In this document: piece by piece, positions 27,974-37,593 of the stretch
Layout of the letters: every line of letters begins with the position of its first letter
Numbering within the stretch: position 1 is the first letter of the stretch
NCBI GenBank assembly: GCA_965199495.1
Contig: CBDASK010000003.1
Coordinates: 96,001-160,000, forward strand
Reading direction: 5' to 3'
Length of the DNA stretch: 64,000 nucleotides
Source: Abditibacterium sp.
GTDB taxonomy: Bacteria; Armatimonadota; Abditibacteriia; Abditibacteriales; Abditibacteriaceae
Notes under the pieces: generated by a model
Told to the model about the DNA's origin: nothing
Database searches by the model: none
Seen by the model: only the letters and a program-made list of their open reading frames with translations
Made by a program: the position numbers and the translations under genes

Positions 27974-28726
27974 ATGTCATATTGTTTAGGAATCAAAACG
28001 CACGAGGGCATCGTGATGGCTTCGGACTCGCGCACGTCGGCGGGCGATCAAGTTTCGGTCTGCCAGAAGATGTATGTTTTCGAGAAGCCCGGCGAACGCG
28101 TTTTCACGCTCGTCACGTCGGGTTCGCTGTCGCTTTCGCAATCGGTGATTACGCTACTTCGTCGCGATTTCGAGGACGGCAAAGGCTTGGCCGCGTGCGA
28201 AGAGATGTATGACGCCGCGCGCGTGGTGGGCGATGTGATTCGCAAAGTGGACGAAATTGACCGCGAGAATTTGGAGCGCGACAAACTGCGCTTCAATGTG
28301 CATTTCATTCTGGGCGGCCAAATTCGGGGCGACGGCCACGAACTTTATCTGATTTATCCGCAGGGCAACCCGCTTTGCTCTTCGACCGACGCGCCCTTTT
28401 TGCAAATCGGCGAAACCAAATATGGCCGCCCAATCTTGGATCGCGGCATCAAATACGAATCCACGACTTTGGAATCCGCGACTAAATACGCTTTAATTTC
28501 GATTGATTCGACCATGCGCTCCAACATGACCGTTGGCCCGCCAGTTGATTTGCTGATTTATCGCAAAGATAGTTTCAAAGTCAGCGCGCAACGCCGTTTT
28601 ACGGCATCCGATCCTGAACTCAAAGATATTCATCTGAAGTGGGAACAATCGCTGCGCAAAGCGATTATCGAACTGCCGCCGATTCATTTCGACGGTTTGG
28701 ATAGCGTGAACGAAAACTCTTTTTAG
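27974..28726 (+). CDS. Anbu-type proteasome-like protease (Ntn hydrolase)
   Basis: ASDSRT, LGGQI, LYLIYPQGN, QIGETKYGRPILDR, STMRSNMTVGPP. Confidence 0.9.
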   Translation: MSYCLGIKTHEGIVMASDSRTSAGDQVSVCQKMYVFEKPGERVFTLVTSGSLSLSQSVITLLRRDFEDGKGLAACEEMYDAARVVGDVIRKVDEIDRENLERDKLRFNVHFILGGQIRGDGHELYLIYPQGNPLCSSTDAPFLQIGETKYGRPILDRGIKYESTTLESATKYALISIDSTMRSNMTVGPPVDLLIYRKDSFKVSAQRRFTASDPELKDIHLKWEQSLRKAIIELPPIHFDGLDSVNENSF

Positions 28727-28731
28727 AACGG

Positions 28732-29691
28732 TCAAAACAACAGTTCCGCGATGAGTTCGTCGGACAAACCGGCGCGATTGCGCAGCCAATCGCGGAGCGG
28801 CAAGCGCAGTTCGAGTTGATCGTGAAACGAGGGATGGACGACAAATTGCCGCTCTGTGGGCGAGTCGAGATGCAAACAAAAAAGCCGCGTGCCCGCCCTG
28901 ATGTCGGCTTCGTGGCGAACCGGGTCGGGCGTGGGTTCAAAGTAACGCAAGAACTCTTCCCACAGCGCGCTGCGCGGATGGTCGAAGCCGTTGAACCCCC
29001 AGTTATTTTTGTAACCGTAATAGCCAAAATCAATGCGCGCCGCCTCATCGGGCCGCGCGATGACTTTGGCGCCCGCGCCCTTCACGTTGGAGCGTTTCCA
29101 GATGGTATCTAACCATTGCGGGTCTAATTTCCAGGCCAACTGGCTGAGGTTTTCGAGTTCTTGCATATCGCCGCGAGCGCATTTCAAGTGCAACGGGCGA
29201 ACGCCCGGCCCCAGTTCGCCTTCGGGATTAAACGCGAAAGGAATCTGCGCCTGATGCAGTTCCCAACCGAAATCGCCTTCGTAGCATTTCAACGCGGCTA
29301 ATTCCAAAGAGCGTTTGATGGTGTCGTGTTCGCGCTCCAAACAGCCGAAATAATAACAACGGGTCGGCGTTTCCACTTGCTGATCGGGGCCACGAAAGCG
29401 CGCCAGTCCCATGTCGCTTTCGCGCAAAAATACCGCCAACTCGTCCGACATTTCGATGCGTCGCCCGACGTTATCGCGCGTAAGCGCATCGCGCCACAGA
29501 TGTTCCAACGCCGGGCGCGTCCATGCAGCCACGTCGCCCGCATCCATCGAAGGCCACACGGCGAAACGCCATTGCTGTGGCTCATCAAGCGTCGCGTCCC
29601 AGAATTCGAGCGTGTCGTCGCGCACTTCGAGCGTCCACTCGCGCGTTTGCCCCAGAAACGTGCCAGTCGCGGTAAAAGTCGGGAACATCAC
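28732..29691 (-). CDS. Hypothetical protein
   Basis: 319-aa ORF filling the space between Anbu and trpS; -10-like hexamer just upstream. Confidence 0.7.
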   Translation of the reverse strand: MMFPTFTATGTFLGQTREWTLEVRDDTLEFWDATLDEPQQWRFAVWPSMDAGDVAAWTRPALEHLWRDALTRDNVGRRIEMSDELAVFLRESDMGLARFRGPDQQVETPTRCYYFGCLEREHDTIKRSLELAALKCYEGDFGWELHQAQIPFAFNPEGELGPGVRPLHLKCARGDMQELENLSQLAWKLDPQWLDTIWKRSNVKGAGAKVIARPDEAARIDFGYYGYKNNWGFNGFDHPRSALWEEFLRYFEPTPDPVRHEADIRAGTRLFCLHLDSPTERQFVVHPSFHDQLELRLPLRDWLRNRAGLSDELIAELLF

Positions 29692-29731
29692 GTCAAAGTT
29701 TAAGCAACACAGCCAAATTCGCTAACCTTAA

Positions 29732-30760
<1,029 letters not shown>

Positions 30761-30761
30761 A

Positions 30762-31024
30762 ATGAGTTTAAAAGGACAAAGCCTTCGTTCTCTGGAACAA
30801 GATAAAAATTCGGTTGTAACGACAATCCGCGCCCAACTAATTTTGGGTTTACCAGCAATACTCGTTTTGTTGCTGTCGGTTACCTTCTGTCGGGATTCAA
30901 CAGCGATGTGCGCTTGTTGGCGAAATTGGCAGCAGTCGCTTCTTGTGTTTGGCTGTTAATCAATTTCCGCTATTTCTACCGACTGTGGCGCATCCGTCGC
31001 GAATTGGCGAGTAGACCCTCCTAA
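30762..31024 (+). pseudogene. Possible frameshifted small two-TM membrane protein
   Basis: Hydrophobic N-half in one frame continues in the -1 frame after a T4 run at about 30865 (FVAVGYLLSGFNSDVRLLAKLAAVASCVWLLINFRYFYRLWRIRRELASRPS). Confidence 0.35.
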
Positions 31025-31033
31025 CAATGCCAT

Positions 31034-31744
31034 TCAGTCCATACGCAAATCGCGGATGAAATCGGCTTCGCGCGTCACTTCATCGGGATCGGCGCTAATT
31101 TCGTCCACGACAATCGCTTTGAGCTTTTCCCAAACTTCGTCTTTACCGTCGGATTTTTCCCAGCCCTCGTTGATTCCGTAATTGATTTTCATCACGGCTT
31201 TCGTTGTTTCGCCAACTGAAACGCAATCGGCGGGCAGTTCGACCGCCTGATTTTTACTCCATTTGTATGTCAAATAACAAAGTACAAAGACTACAGCGTA
31301 ATAGAGATAGCTCAGTTCCTGCGTATAATTAAAGAAGAAAGGCCCAGCAGCCAACGATACAGCCACGGCGAGCCAGCACACATTGGCGAGCCAGCACACA
31401 TTGCGCACCCAACGCGGTTTTTCTAATGCGGGCAAATTAACTTGTGCTTTCTCGCCCCATTCCTTCCACATTTGAGGCCGATTGGATGCGGGCAATAATA
31501 CGGCAATCGGCGTCGCGGGCGCGATGGATTGGCGCGGCGCGACCGCCAAGTCAACGAGCGCGCGACGCAGTTGGTAAAACGTCGCGCTACTGGCGCAACG
31601 ACTGGGTTTCAATACGCCGGTTTTAGCGAGAATCAGCGTGTGAAGCTGGCCAACTGTGCTGATATACGAAGCCTCTTCGTCTTCGATTGTGATGGCGAAT
31701 TCTTCTTCGACACGCATCATTAATTCAACAATTTCAAGTCCCAT
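31034..31744 (-). CDS. Circularly permuted acyl-carrier-protein-like membrane protein
   Basis: N-term MGLEIVELMMRVEEEFAITIEDEEA matches ACP helix II onward; C-term VWEKLKAIVVDEI...VTREADFIRDL matches ACP helix I/loop; TM hairpin between. Confidence 0.75.
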   Translation of the reverse strand: MGLEIVELMMRVEEEFAITIEDEEASYISTVGQLHTLILAKTGVLKPSRCASSATFYQLRRALVDLAVAPRQSIAPATPIAVLLPASNRPQMWKEWGEKAQVNLPALEKPRWVRNVCWLANVCWLAVAVSLAAGPFFFNYTQELSYLYYAVVFVLCYLTYKWSKNQAVELPADCVSVGETTKAVMKINYGINEGWEKSDGKDEVWEKLKAIVVDEISADPDEVTREADFIRDLRMD

Positions 31745-31760
31745 ACGATTATTTTAATCG

Positions 31761-31906
31761 AAAAGTAAAATCATTAACCACAAAAACGCAGAATTCACAA
31801 AAGGCACAAAAAGAATAAAGAAATGGCTTTATATTCAACCAGTATTTCCAAACTATTTGTGCCTTTTGTGAATTCTGCGTTTTTGTGGTTAATGATTTTG
31901 ACTTTT
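31761..31906. repeat. Palindromic element family C
   Basis: Perfect 44-bp arms AAAATCATTAACCACAAAAACGCAGAATTCACAAAAGGCACAAA (31767-31810 / 31856-31899). Confidence 0.9.
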
Positions 31907-32047
31907 GGGTTTTGTGGATTACGCCAACTCAATCGAAAACACTTCGACGGCGCGCGATTCGACATCGAACAACGCAAACCGAGCGTAGTTTCATCGCGCG
32001 GCTGACCGACCGAGCCTCATTTTACTCCGACACGTTGCCCCAGACAA

Positions 32048-32080
32048 CAAAAAAGCCCCGCACAAACCGCGCGAGACTTC
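32048..32080 (-). terminator. Probable terminator of the ECF sigma operon
   Basis: Imperfect GU-containing hairpin followed by T6 on the minus strand. Confidence 0.45.
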
Positions 32081-32095
32081 TTGATTTTCCAATTT

Positions 32096-32998
32096 TCACT
32101 TCAAACTCGAAGCCAGACTTTTGGCCGTGCCCGCCGAAACGCCGCTCGCCAGATAGCGGATGCCGCCGGTTTTCCAGAAGTAGCCGCCATCCACTTTGGT
32201 CGGCGCAATCGTTCCGGTTTCGGCTTTTTGCTCGAATAATGAAAACCGGTTTTTGCCGTTGGAATAGCGCAACCACACTTCGTTGGGAGCAGCCACGGCG
32301 CTTTCGAGGGCGTAACCGGCGGGCACCTGCGCGGGCGCTTTGAGCCAATTCACGCTGGCGCGCGCGCTGGCAATATCCACGAACAGTTTGCCGTTCGAGC
32401 GCGTGACTTTGGCTTTCGCGGGCGTTACAAAGCTAAATCTGCTCGCGGGTTGCGCGCCGAATTTCACGTCTTGTAACGCGTAAATCGAACCACCGTTTTG
32501 GAAGCGCAACAAGTTTTTGCGCGTGCCATCAAGAGTCAGCTTTTGCGCACCGCGCGACAAAACGAAATTGCCGCCGCTTTTGCTCGCGTTCCAACCGTTG
32601 CCCAGATTGGAGAGCGCGGGCGTGGATTGCGTCTGCGTCACGTTGTTTTCCGCGCGGTGATACAAGTATAAATTCGTGCCGTTATCCACCAAAACATCGC
32701 CTTTTTTGAAGGCGGGCGCTGTCCATTCCCAGCGGCGTTTGGCGCCGTCGCGCCAGACGCGCGCGGTTTCGCGTTGGCCGTTGCGCACGATGGTGAGCGT
32801 GCCGCTATATTGCGTTTTCGCTTCAGCGGCGCGCATTTGCGCGATTAAAGTCGCGGCGTTCTGCGCGTGCGCGGACGGCGTGGTTGTCAGGGCCGTCAGA
32901 GTGAAGGCGCCCAACAAAAAAGCGGAGATTGCCAACGGTTTGACCGCCGGAATCTCCGCTTTCGGGTTGCGACGCGCGTGGAATTTAAGGAATCGCAT
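32096..32998 (-). CDS. MucB/RseB-like (LolA-fold) extracytoplasmic sigma regulator
   Basis: Signal peptide, YSG...RVWRDG, F.F..P and P.GY.LE patterns, LRYSNG...FSLFEQ; ATG overlaps the anti-sigma end. Confidence 0.72.
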   Translation of the reverse strand: MRFLKFHARRNPKAEIPAVKPLAISAFLLGAFTLTALTTTPSAHAQNAATLIAQMRAAEAKTQYSGTLTIVRNGQRETARVWRDGAKRRWEWTAPAFKKGDVLVDNGTNLYLYHRAENNVTQTQSTPALSNLGNGWNASKSGGNFVLSRGAQKLTLDGTRKNLLRFQNGGSIYALQDVKFGAQPASRFSFVTPAKAKVTRSNGKLFVDIASARASVNWLKAPAQVPAGYALESAVAAPNEVWLRYSNGKNRFSLFEQKAETGTIAPTKVDGGYFWKTGGIRYLASGVSAGTAKSLASSLK

Positions 32999-33530
32999 CT
33001 TCGGTATTGTCCTCGTCGGCGCCGTTGTCGCGCACGTTGGTGTCGCCGGGCGTGGCCTGACTGGTGACGTAGGCTTCGTGCTTTTGCACCGACTGCTGAA
33101 TAAACGCTTGGTCGGCGCTGGTGATGTCGGTGGCAACCGCCGGGTTGGTCGCGCTTTGCGGCGCGAACAGCATCGCGCCCATCGCAATCGCCAGAGCAAT
33201 CGCGGCAAAAGCCGCGCCCATGCCCCATTTGGCGCGCGGCGCACTAATCGCAATCGGCGCGGGGCTGGCGCTTTTGAGCAAGCTGCTCCACCACGAACGT
33301 TTGGGCGCTGGGCCGAGGTTATCGCGCAGGTTGGGCCAAAAATTCTCGCTGACGCGCAGTTCATCGGTCGCGTGCCAATCTTTGGTGGCACCGATGGCGA
33401 ACTGCAATTCGCGCACGGTCGCGGCGTCTTCGGCGTTGTCCCGCAGGTGCGCTTCGACATCGGAACGCTCGGCGACACTCAAAGTGCCATCGAGGTAATC
33501 CATGATCTGTTCGTTAGAAAGTCTTTTCAT
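32985..33530 (-). CDS. Membrane anti-sigma factor (zf-HC2-like N-terminus lacking Cys)
   Basis: DYLDGTLS...VEAHL, single TM, downstream of ECF sigma; AAGGA RBS. Confidence 0.82.
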   Translation of the reverse strand: MKRLSNEQIMDYLDGTLSVAERSDVEAHLRDNAEDAATVRELQFAIGATKDWHATDELRVSENFWPNLRDNLGPAPKRSWWSSLLKSASPAPIAISAPRAKWGMGAAFAAIALAIAMGAMLFAPQSATNPAVATDITSADQAFIQQSVQKHEAYVTSQATPGDTNVRDNGADEDNTEDAIP

Positions 33531-33650
33531 CGTGGTGGCCTCCTTCTCATCGGAACGAGGAGTAATTTCGCTGGTGTTTTAAGTCGGACGCCGAGAATTG
33601 TGGAAAAGTTTTAATTTATTTGCGCAAGATTTTAATTGTTGCAATTGCAC

Positions 33651-33791
33651 TCGCCTTGTCATGGGTGCGCAGAGAGGAACGAACGTAGTCGAAGAATCCA
33701 CCGGTTGATTGGAGACTTCGCTTTGGTCTCGTCCAGAGTTGTGGATTCTTCGACTATGTTCGTTCCTCTCTGCGCACCCATGACAAGGCGA
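33651..33791. repeat. Palindromic element family B with GGGT substitution in both arms
   Basis: TCGCCTTGTCATGGGTGCGC...GCGCACCCATGACAAGGCGA, about 60-bp arms. Confidence 0.9.
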
Positions 33792-33809
33792 ACACGAAAA
33801 CGATCAAAC

Positions 33810-34508
33810 TCACTTCGCGCCCATCATGTAAGGCCGCAATCGCCTCGCCAAATCGGCGCGCGCGTGGAACAAGCGGCTTTTGACGGTTCCCAGCGGCACG
33901 TCCAAAACGCGGGCGATGTCTTCGTAAGGCATGCCCTGCAAGTCACACATGATCAAAACGCTGCGCATCTTTTCGGGCATCTCCATCACGGTTTCGCGCA
34001 CCATCTGGCGCATCTCGTCGCGCTCGACGCCTTTACTTGGCTCATAGCGCAAATCGGGCAGTTCGCGCCCGCCGCCCTCTTCGTCTTTGTCGAACGGTTC
34101 GTCCAGAGAATACGCCTGTTGCGGGCGCCGCTTTTTAGTGCGCGCGCGGTCAATGCACAGGTTGGTCGCGATTTTATAGAGCCAAGTCGAGAAGCTGGCC
34201 TGACCGCGAAACGAATCCAATGAGCGATAGGCTTTGATAAACGCTTCCTGCGTGATGTCTTCGGCCTCGTCGCGGTCGCCATTGGTCATGCGGGCGACGT
34301 AGCCCAGAATCTTGTTTTGGTAGCGGGTGACGAGTTTTTCAAACGCGACGATTTCCCCGTCGAGAGCTTTCTCGACGAGATACGAATCGTTTTCCAACTC
34401 TTCGCCCGAACTCCACGCGTTGGGTAAAGCCATTGATGCAATTGTCATGGTTGAACTCGCTTTCGGTTTACGTCTCCCTTTGGACGCAACCACAATTGCC
34501 GAGTTCAA
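33810..34508 (-). CDS. ECF RNA polymerase sigma-70 factor (RpoE/SigW-like)
   Basis: AEDITQEAFIKAY, FSTWLYKIATN, YEDIA...GTVKSRL; start uncertain. Confidence 0.93.
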   Translation of the reverse strand: MNSAIVVASKGRRKPKASSTMTIASMALPNAWSSGEELENDSYLVEKALDGEIVAFEKLVTRYQNKILGYVARMTNGDRDEAEDITQEAFIKAYRSLDSFRGQASFSTWLYKIATNLCIDRARTKKRRPQQAYSLDEPFDKDEEGGGRELPDLRYEPSKGVERDEMRQMVRETVMEMPEKMRSVLIMCDLQGMPYEDIARVLDVPLGTVKSRLFHARADLARRLRPYMMGAK

Positions 34509-34705
34509 AACGACTTATAAGATTATCTCAGATAACGCGGGTCGAGTGCCGCATTTCGATTGACATTTTAATTTTCGAGAAAGTAAAAAGCCGGTATGCC
34601 ACGAATTTGCCGTGGGATATTATTGGCCTTGGCAAGCATTGTATTAGAGCCGAGGCCAAACGCAAGAAGAAATTTTGTATGCAAGCAGTCAAACGGCTCT
34701 AAATT

Positions 34706-35251
34706 TCACTCGACTTTTGAGTCTGCTCTCGCATAATATTCACCAGCTCCAGTATCGCCTATCATAATTACTTGATCTTTATAAATTGTGGCGTTAAATC
34801 CATGTTCTGGATCCCAAGCGGCATTGAAATTAAAAAGTATGTAGGAAAATTCTCTTTTGGTGGTTCCAAGCAAATATACACTTGCCAAACCAATTAGCAT
34901 TTTGAACTGTTCGGAATTGTCAATGTAAGGCATAGCCTCATCTTCGTCTTGATAACCTTCCAATCCATAGTCATAGGCTCGTCGGCGTTCTGGATACTCT
35001 TTGAGTATCGCTTGAATGATGTTATTAAAGAGCAAGTCTTCATTACTGACGAGATATTGATAAGCATTAATCTGTTCCGATGAGGGTGACGATGCTTGGT
35101 TAGCTGGAATAGCGAGTTCTAATGGAACTATACCATCGGAAACTTTTTGCATCCTATCAAAATTCCAAAAATCTGGGTCAGCGCGGAAGCCTTCCCAAGT
35201 CTTCAAATGTATAAGATTAGGAAGAAAGACATCGTTCAAAGATAAATTCAT
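34706..35251 (-). CDS. AT-rich hypothetical protein (DUF6985-like, possible immunity protein)
   Basis: Q...Y.YL..N...L...I and WDPEHG motifs; markedly AT-rich compared with neighbours. Confidence 0.65.
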   Translation of the reverse strand: MNLSLNDVFLPNLIHLKTWEGFRADPDFWNFDRMQKVSDGIVPLELAIPANQASSPSSEQINAYQYLVSNEDLLFNNIIQAILKEYPERRRAYDYGLEGYQDEDEAMPYIDNSEQFKMLIGLASVYLLGTTKREFSYILFNFNAAWDPEHGFNATIYKDQVIMIGDTGAGEYYARADSKVE

Positions 35252-35354
35252 ATCCAGAGAATTTTATAGCAACTCAATTCGATTAACACCCCACGCTTTT
35301 ATATTTTTCGTCCACTCCCTCAAACTCTACCTTTCAGGTAGACTATCGCACGCG

Positions 35355-35807
35355 ATGCCGCTCCCCGAATCGCCGCCGCGCGGAATTCTGCCCTGCCCGC
35401 CGCCGCTTGAATATCCGCCAGACATGGCGGAGTTCTGGCGACTCTGGCAAAACGAACAGTTTTGGGCGTGTCACGAAGCTCTGGAAGAAATCTGGCTCGA
35501 AGCCGCAGAACCACGCAAGCGATTCCTTAACGGACTGATTCACGGCGCGGCGGCGACGTTTCAAGTCAGACGCAGCCACGTCGTCGGGGCGGCGCGGCAA
35601 TTGGTTCGGGCGCGCGTCAAATTGGAGCCGTTTTGTCCGGTTTATGAACAACTGGATGTCGCACAATTTCTCGACGGCGTGGCTGGAGAAGTCACGCCTT
35701 TGATACTTCAATTAACAATTCAACAGCGTCAAAACTTGCGAGTTTTGGAAACTCGCTTGCGCTCGGAACTTCCTTTAACCCTCGACTTACCCACATCATG
35801 TCCGTAG
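35355..35807 (+). CDS. DUF309 domain protein
   Basis: FWACHEALEEIW...GLI motif. Confidence 0.85.
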   Translation: MPLPESPPRGILPCPPPLEYPPDMAEFWRLWQNEQFWACHEALEEIWLEAAEPRKRFLNGLIHGAAATFQVRRSHVVGAARQLVRARVKLEPFCPVYEQLDVAQFLDGVAGEVTPLILQLTIQQRQNLRVLETRLRSELPLTLDLPTSCP

Positions 35808-37465
35808 ATACTTTAGATCGCGCCTCGCTGCGCACTGCCAAGCTCAAACTCACCGAAGATGGCCGACCGGCCACGCTCGCCGAAGTCGGCGACGGTCGCG
35901 CCGAATTCTCGCGCAACGAACGCCTCAAACTCGAAAAGGCCGCGCCGCTCGTCTGGCAGGATGTCGTCGAGAAATACTCGAAGACTGGCTTCGATTCCAT
36001 TGACGAAGACGACATGGAGCGCTTCAAATGGTTGGGCGTTTACCAGCAGAAACCCAAAGACGGCCATTTTATGATGCGCCTCAAAATCGTCGGCGGACTG
36101 GTTTCCAACCAGCAGTTGCGCGTGATTTCTAAAGTCGCACGCGACTTCGCCGATGGCATCGCCGACATTACCACGCGCCAGACATATCAGATTCACTGGC
36201 TCACCATCGAGAATATTCCCAATGTCATGGACGCGTTGCAGCCGATTGGTCTGGGCGTCAAAAACGGGTTGTTCGGCGCGTGCGGCGATATTTGTCGCAA
36301 CATTCTCACCTCGCCGCTCATCAACATTGACCCGCAGCAGATTATCGATCCGACGCCGTTTTTCGAGGAAGCGCAAGCGTATTTCTCTTCGACGCCTGAA
36401 TATGCCGATCTGCCGCGCAAGTTTAAAGTCGCCATCGTCGGACATCGCGGCGGCGGGCAATGCGAAATTAACGATCTGTCGTTTTACGGCGTTAAGCGCG
36501 CCGACGGTCAAGTCGGTTATGGCGTGATGGTCGGCGGTGGCTTGTCAACCGAGCCGCATCTGGCGCAGGATTTGGGCGTTTTTGTGGCGCCCGAACAGGC
36601 GATGGATGTGATTAAAGCGATGGTTTCGGTTTACCGCGATCATGGTTATCGCAAGAGCCGTAAGCACGCGCGCGTCAAATATTTGGTCGCCGATTGGGGC
36701 GCGCAGAAATACCGTGAGGAAGCCGAAAAATACACCGGTTTTCGTATGACCGACGCCGAAAGCGCGCCGCCCGTTGTTAAAGGTTACGAAGATCATTACG
36801 GCATTCACCCGCAGATTCAAGAAGGTTTGAGCTATGTCGGCGTGCCCGTGGCTGGTGGCCGCGTCAACTCCGATCAGTGGGACGCCATCGCCGATATTGC
36901 CGAGCAATACGGTTCGGGCGACATTCGCCTGACCATTATGCAATCGTTCTACATTCCCAACGTGAAGAACGAAGACGCGCAAACTGTCGTCGAGAAAGTC
37001 GAAGCTATCGGTTTGCCGATTAATGTCTCGCCGATTCGTTCGGGCATGGTTTCCTGCACCGGCATTCAATATTGCAACTTGGCGGTGACCGAAACCAAAA
37101 ACCGCGCCATCGAAACGGTGAAATGGTTGGACGAGAACACCAAGTTCGACGCCGCCGAACATCTGCGCGTCAACTTCAACGGTTGCCCGAACTCGTGCGG
37201 CCAGCACTGGATCGCCGACATCGGTTTGCAGGGTTGCCAGAAGAAAGTGGACGGCGTTTTGAAAGAACACTTCGACGTGTTTTTAGGCGGCAAACTGGGC
37301 ACCGATGCGCGTTTCAATCGCCGCATCAAACGCATTGACGCCGACGACGTTCCAGCGACAATCAAGAAATTGACCGAGACTTATCAAGAGCGCCGCGCCG
37401 AAGGCGAAGCGTTCGCCGAGTGGGTCGAAAAGCAGACCGACGAAGAGTTGGAATTGCTGTTTTAA
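35798..37465 (+). CDS. Ferredoxin-dependent sulfite/nitrite reductase (siroheme, 4Fe-4S)
   Basis: FMMRLK, DITTRQ, LPRKFK, CTGIQYC...NGCPNSCGQH. Confidence 0.92.
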   Translation: MSVDTLDRASLRTAKLKLTEDGRPATLAEVGDGRAEFSRNERLKLEKAAPLVWQDVVEKYSKTGFDSIDEDDMERFKWLGVYQQKPKDGHFMMRLKIVGGLVSNQQLRVISKVARDFADGIADITTRQTYQIHWLTIENIPNVMDALQPIGLGVKNGLFGACGDICRNILTSPLINIDPQQIIDPTPFFEEAQAYFSSTPEYADLPRKFKVAIVGHRGGGQCEINDLSFYGVKRADGQVGYGVMVGGGLSTEPHLAQDLGVFVAPEQAMDVIKAMVSVYRDHGYRKSRKHARVKYLVADWGAQKYREEAEKYTGFRMTDAESAPPVVKGYEDHYGIHPQIQEGLSYVGVPVAGGRVNSDQWDAIADIAEQYGSGDIRLTIMQSFYIPNVKNEDAQTVVEKVEAIGLPINVSPIRSGMVSCTGIQYCNLAVTETKNRAIETVKWLDENTKFDAAEHLRVNFNGCPNSCGQHWIADIGLQGCQKKVDGVLKEHFDVFLGGKLGTDARFNRRIKRIDADDVPATIKKLTETYQERRAEGEAFAEWVEKQTDEELELLF

Positions 37466-37481
37466 TCGTTGGAGATTGGGG

Positions 37482-37518
37482 AAAGGCGCGGCTCATGCGA
37501 GTCGCGCCTTTTATTTTC
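37482..37518 (+). terminator. Rho-independent terminator
   Basis: AAAGGCGCGGCTC...GAGTCGCGCCTTTT. Confidence 0.75.
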
Positions 37519-37593
37519 TTGCATCCACACTCTTCATTTGATAATATGTATTTCAGAATAATCGTTATCTCGCAGTCAAGCGGCGAAAATCAC

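Noticed and set aside
32096..33478. 460-aa version of the MucB-like ORF
   Set aside because: The first 160 codons overlap the anti-sigma gene in another frame; ATG 32998 gives a signal peptide and translational coupling.
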